Shown here: positions 61,895 to 64,000 of the stretch, piece by piece
Numbering within the stretch: position 1 is the first letter of the stretch
Layout of the letters: each line of letters starts with the position of its first letter
From: the human T2T-CHM13v2.0 reference genome, Homo sapiens
Assembly (NCBI RefSeq): GCF_009914755.1
Contig: NC_060926.1
Reading direction: 5' to 3' (one strand)
Length of the DNA: 64,000 nt
Program-made: the position numbers and the translations under genes
The notes under the pieces: generated by a model
What the model saw: the letters and a program-made list of their open reading frames with translations, nothing else
Database searches by the model: none
What the model was told of the DNA's origin: nothing

Positions 61895-62262
61895 GATTTT
61901 GATACTGAGGTAATGGAGTATTGCTATAAGATACCTGAGAATGTGGAAGTGACTTTGGAACTGTGTAATGTGCAGACTTTGGAACAGTTGGGAGGACTCA
62001 GAAGAAGATCAGAAGATGTGGGAAAGTTTGGAACTGCCTAGAGACTTGTTGAATGGCTTTGACCAAACTGCTGATAGTGACTTGGACAGTGAAGTCCAGG
62101 CTGAGGAGGTCCGAGATGGAGATGAACAACTTGTTGGGAACTGAAGTAAAGGTCACTCTTGCTATGCTTTAGCAAAGAGACTGGTGGCATTTTGTCCTTG
62201 CCCTAGAGATTTATGGAACTTTGAAATTGAGAGAGATGACTGAGGACATCTGGTAGAAGAAA
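61895..62262 (+). mobile_element. MaLR (MST/THE1)-type internal sequence
   Basis: 'aatgtggaagtgactttggaact...gggaaagtttggaact..ctagagacttgttgaatggctttgacc'; homologous to 26327-26770 in this window. Confidence 0.8.
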
Positions 62263-62263
62263 C

Positions 62264-64000
<1,737 letters not shown>

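Overview
This window is primate (human-like) genomic DNA, mostly interspersed repeats, with the layout of a pericentromeric segmental-duplication mosaic. It joins two promoterless gene fragments back to back. The first is the 3' end of CHEK2 on the minus strand (last three exons at 14916-15000, 10055-10135 and 8667-8910, with a 1-bp deletion and a destroyed acceptor). The second is an internal piece of SLC9B1/NHA1 on the plus strand (three exons at 40704-40846, 41965-42092 and 58196-58371, still in frame with GT-AG sites). An ACTR3B processed pseudogene (about 29927-31840, minus) lies between them. Repeats include a full-length young L1 (45214-51244, 18-bp TSD, ORF1 and ORF2 disabled, ORF0 intact), several truncated or nested L1s, a two-LTR MaLR element, solo LTRs, Tigger-type DNA transposons and more than 25 Alus. 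No intact host gene, tRNA, rRNA or CRISPR array was seen, and I see no evidence of a novel multi-gene system. The strongest leads are: a predicted in-frame L1 ORF0-SLC9B1P splice fusion; a 128-nt GT..AG segment retained inside the ACTR3B retrocopy; and a tail-less inverted L1 fragment that shares non-consensus variants (including FADD>FTDD) and almost the same 5' breakpoint with another L1 about 18 kb away. Repeat subfamily names come from memory of consensus sequences and need Dfam confirmation.
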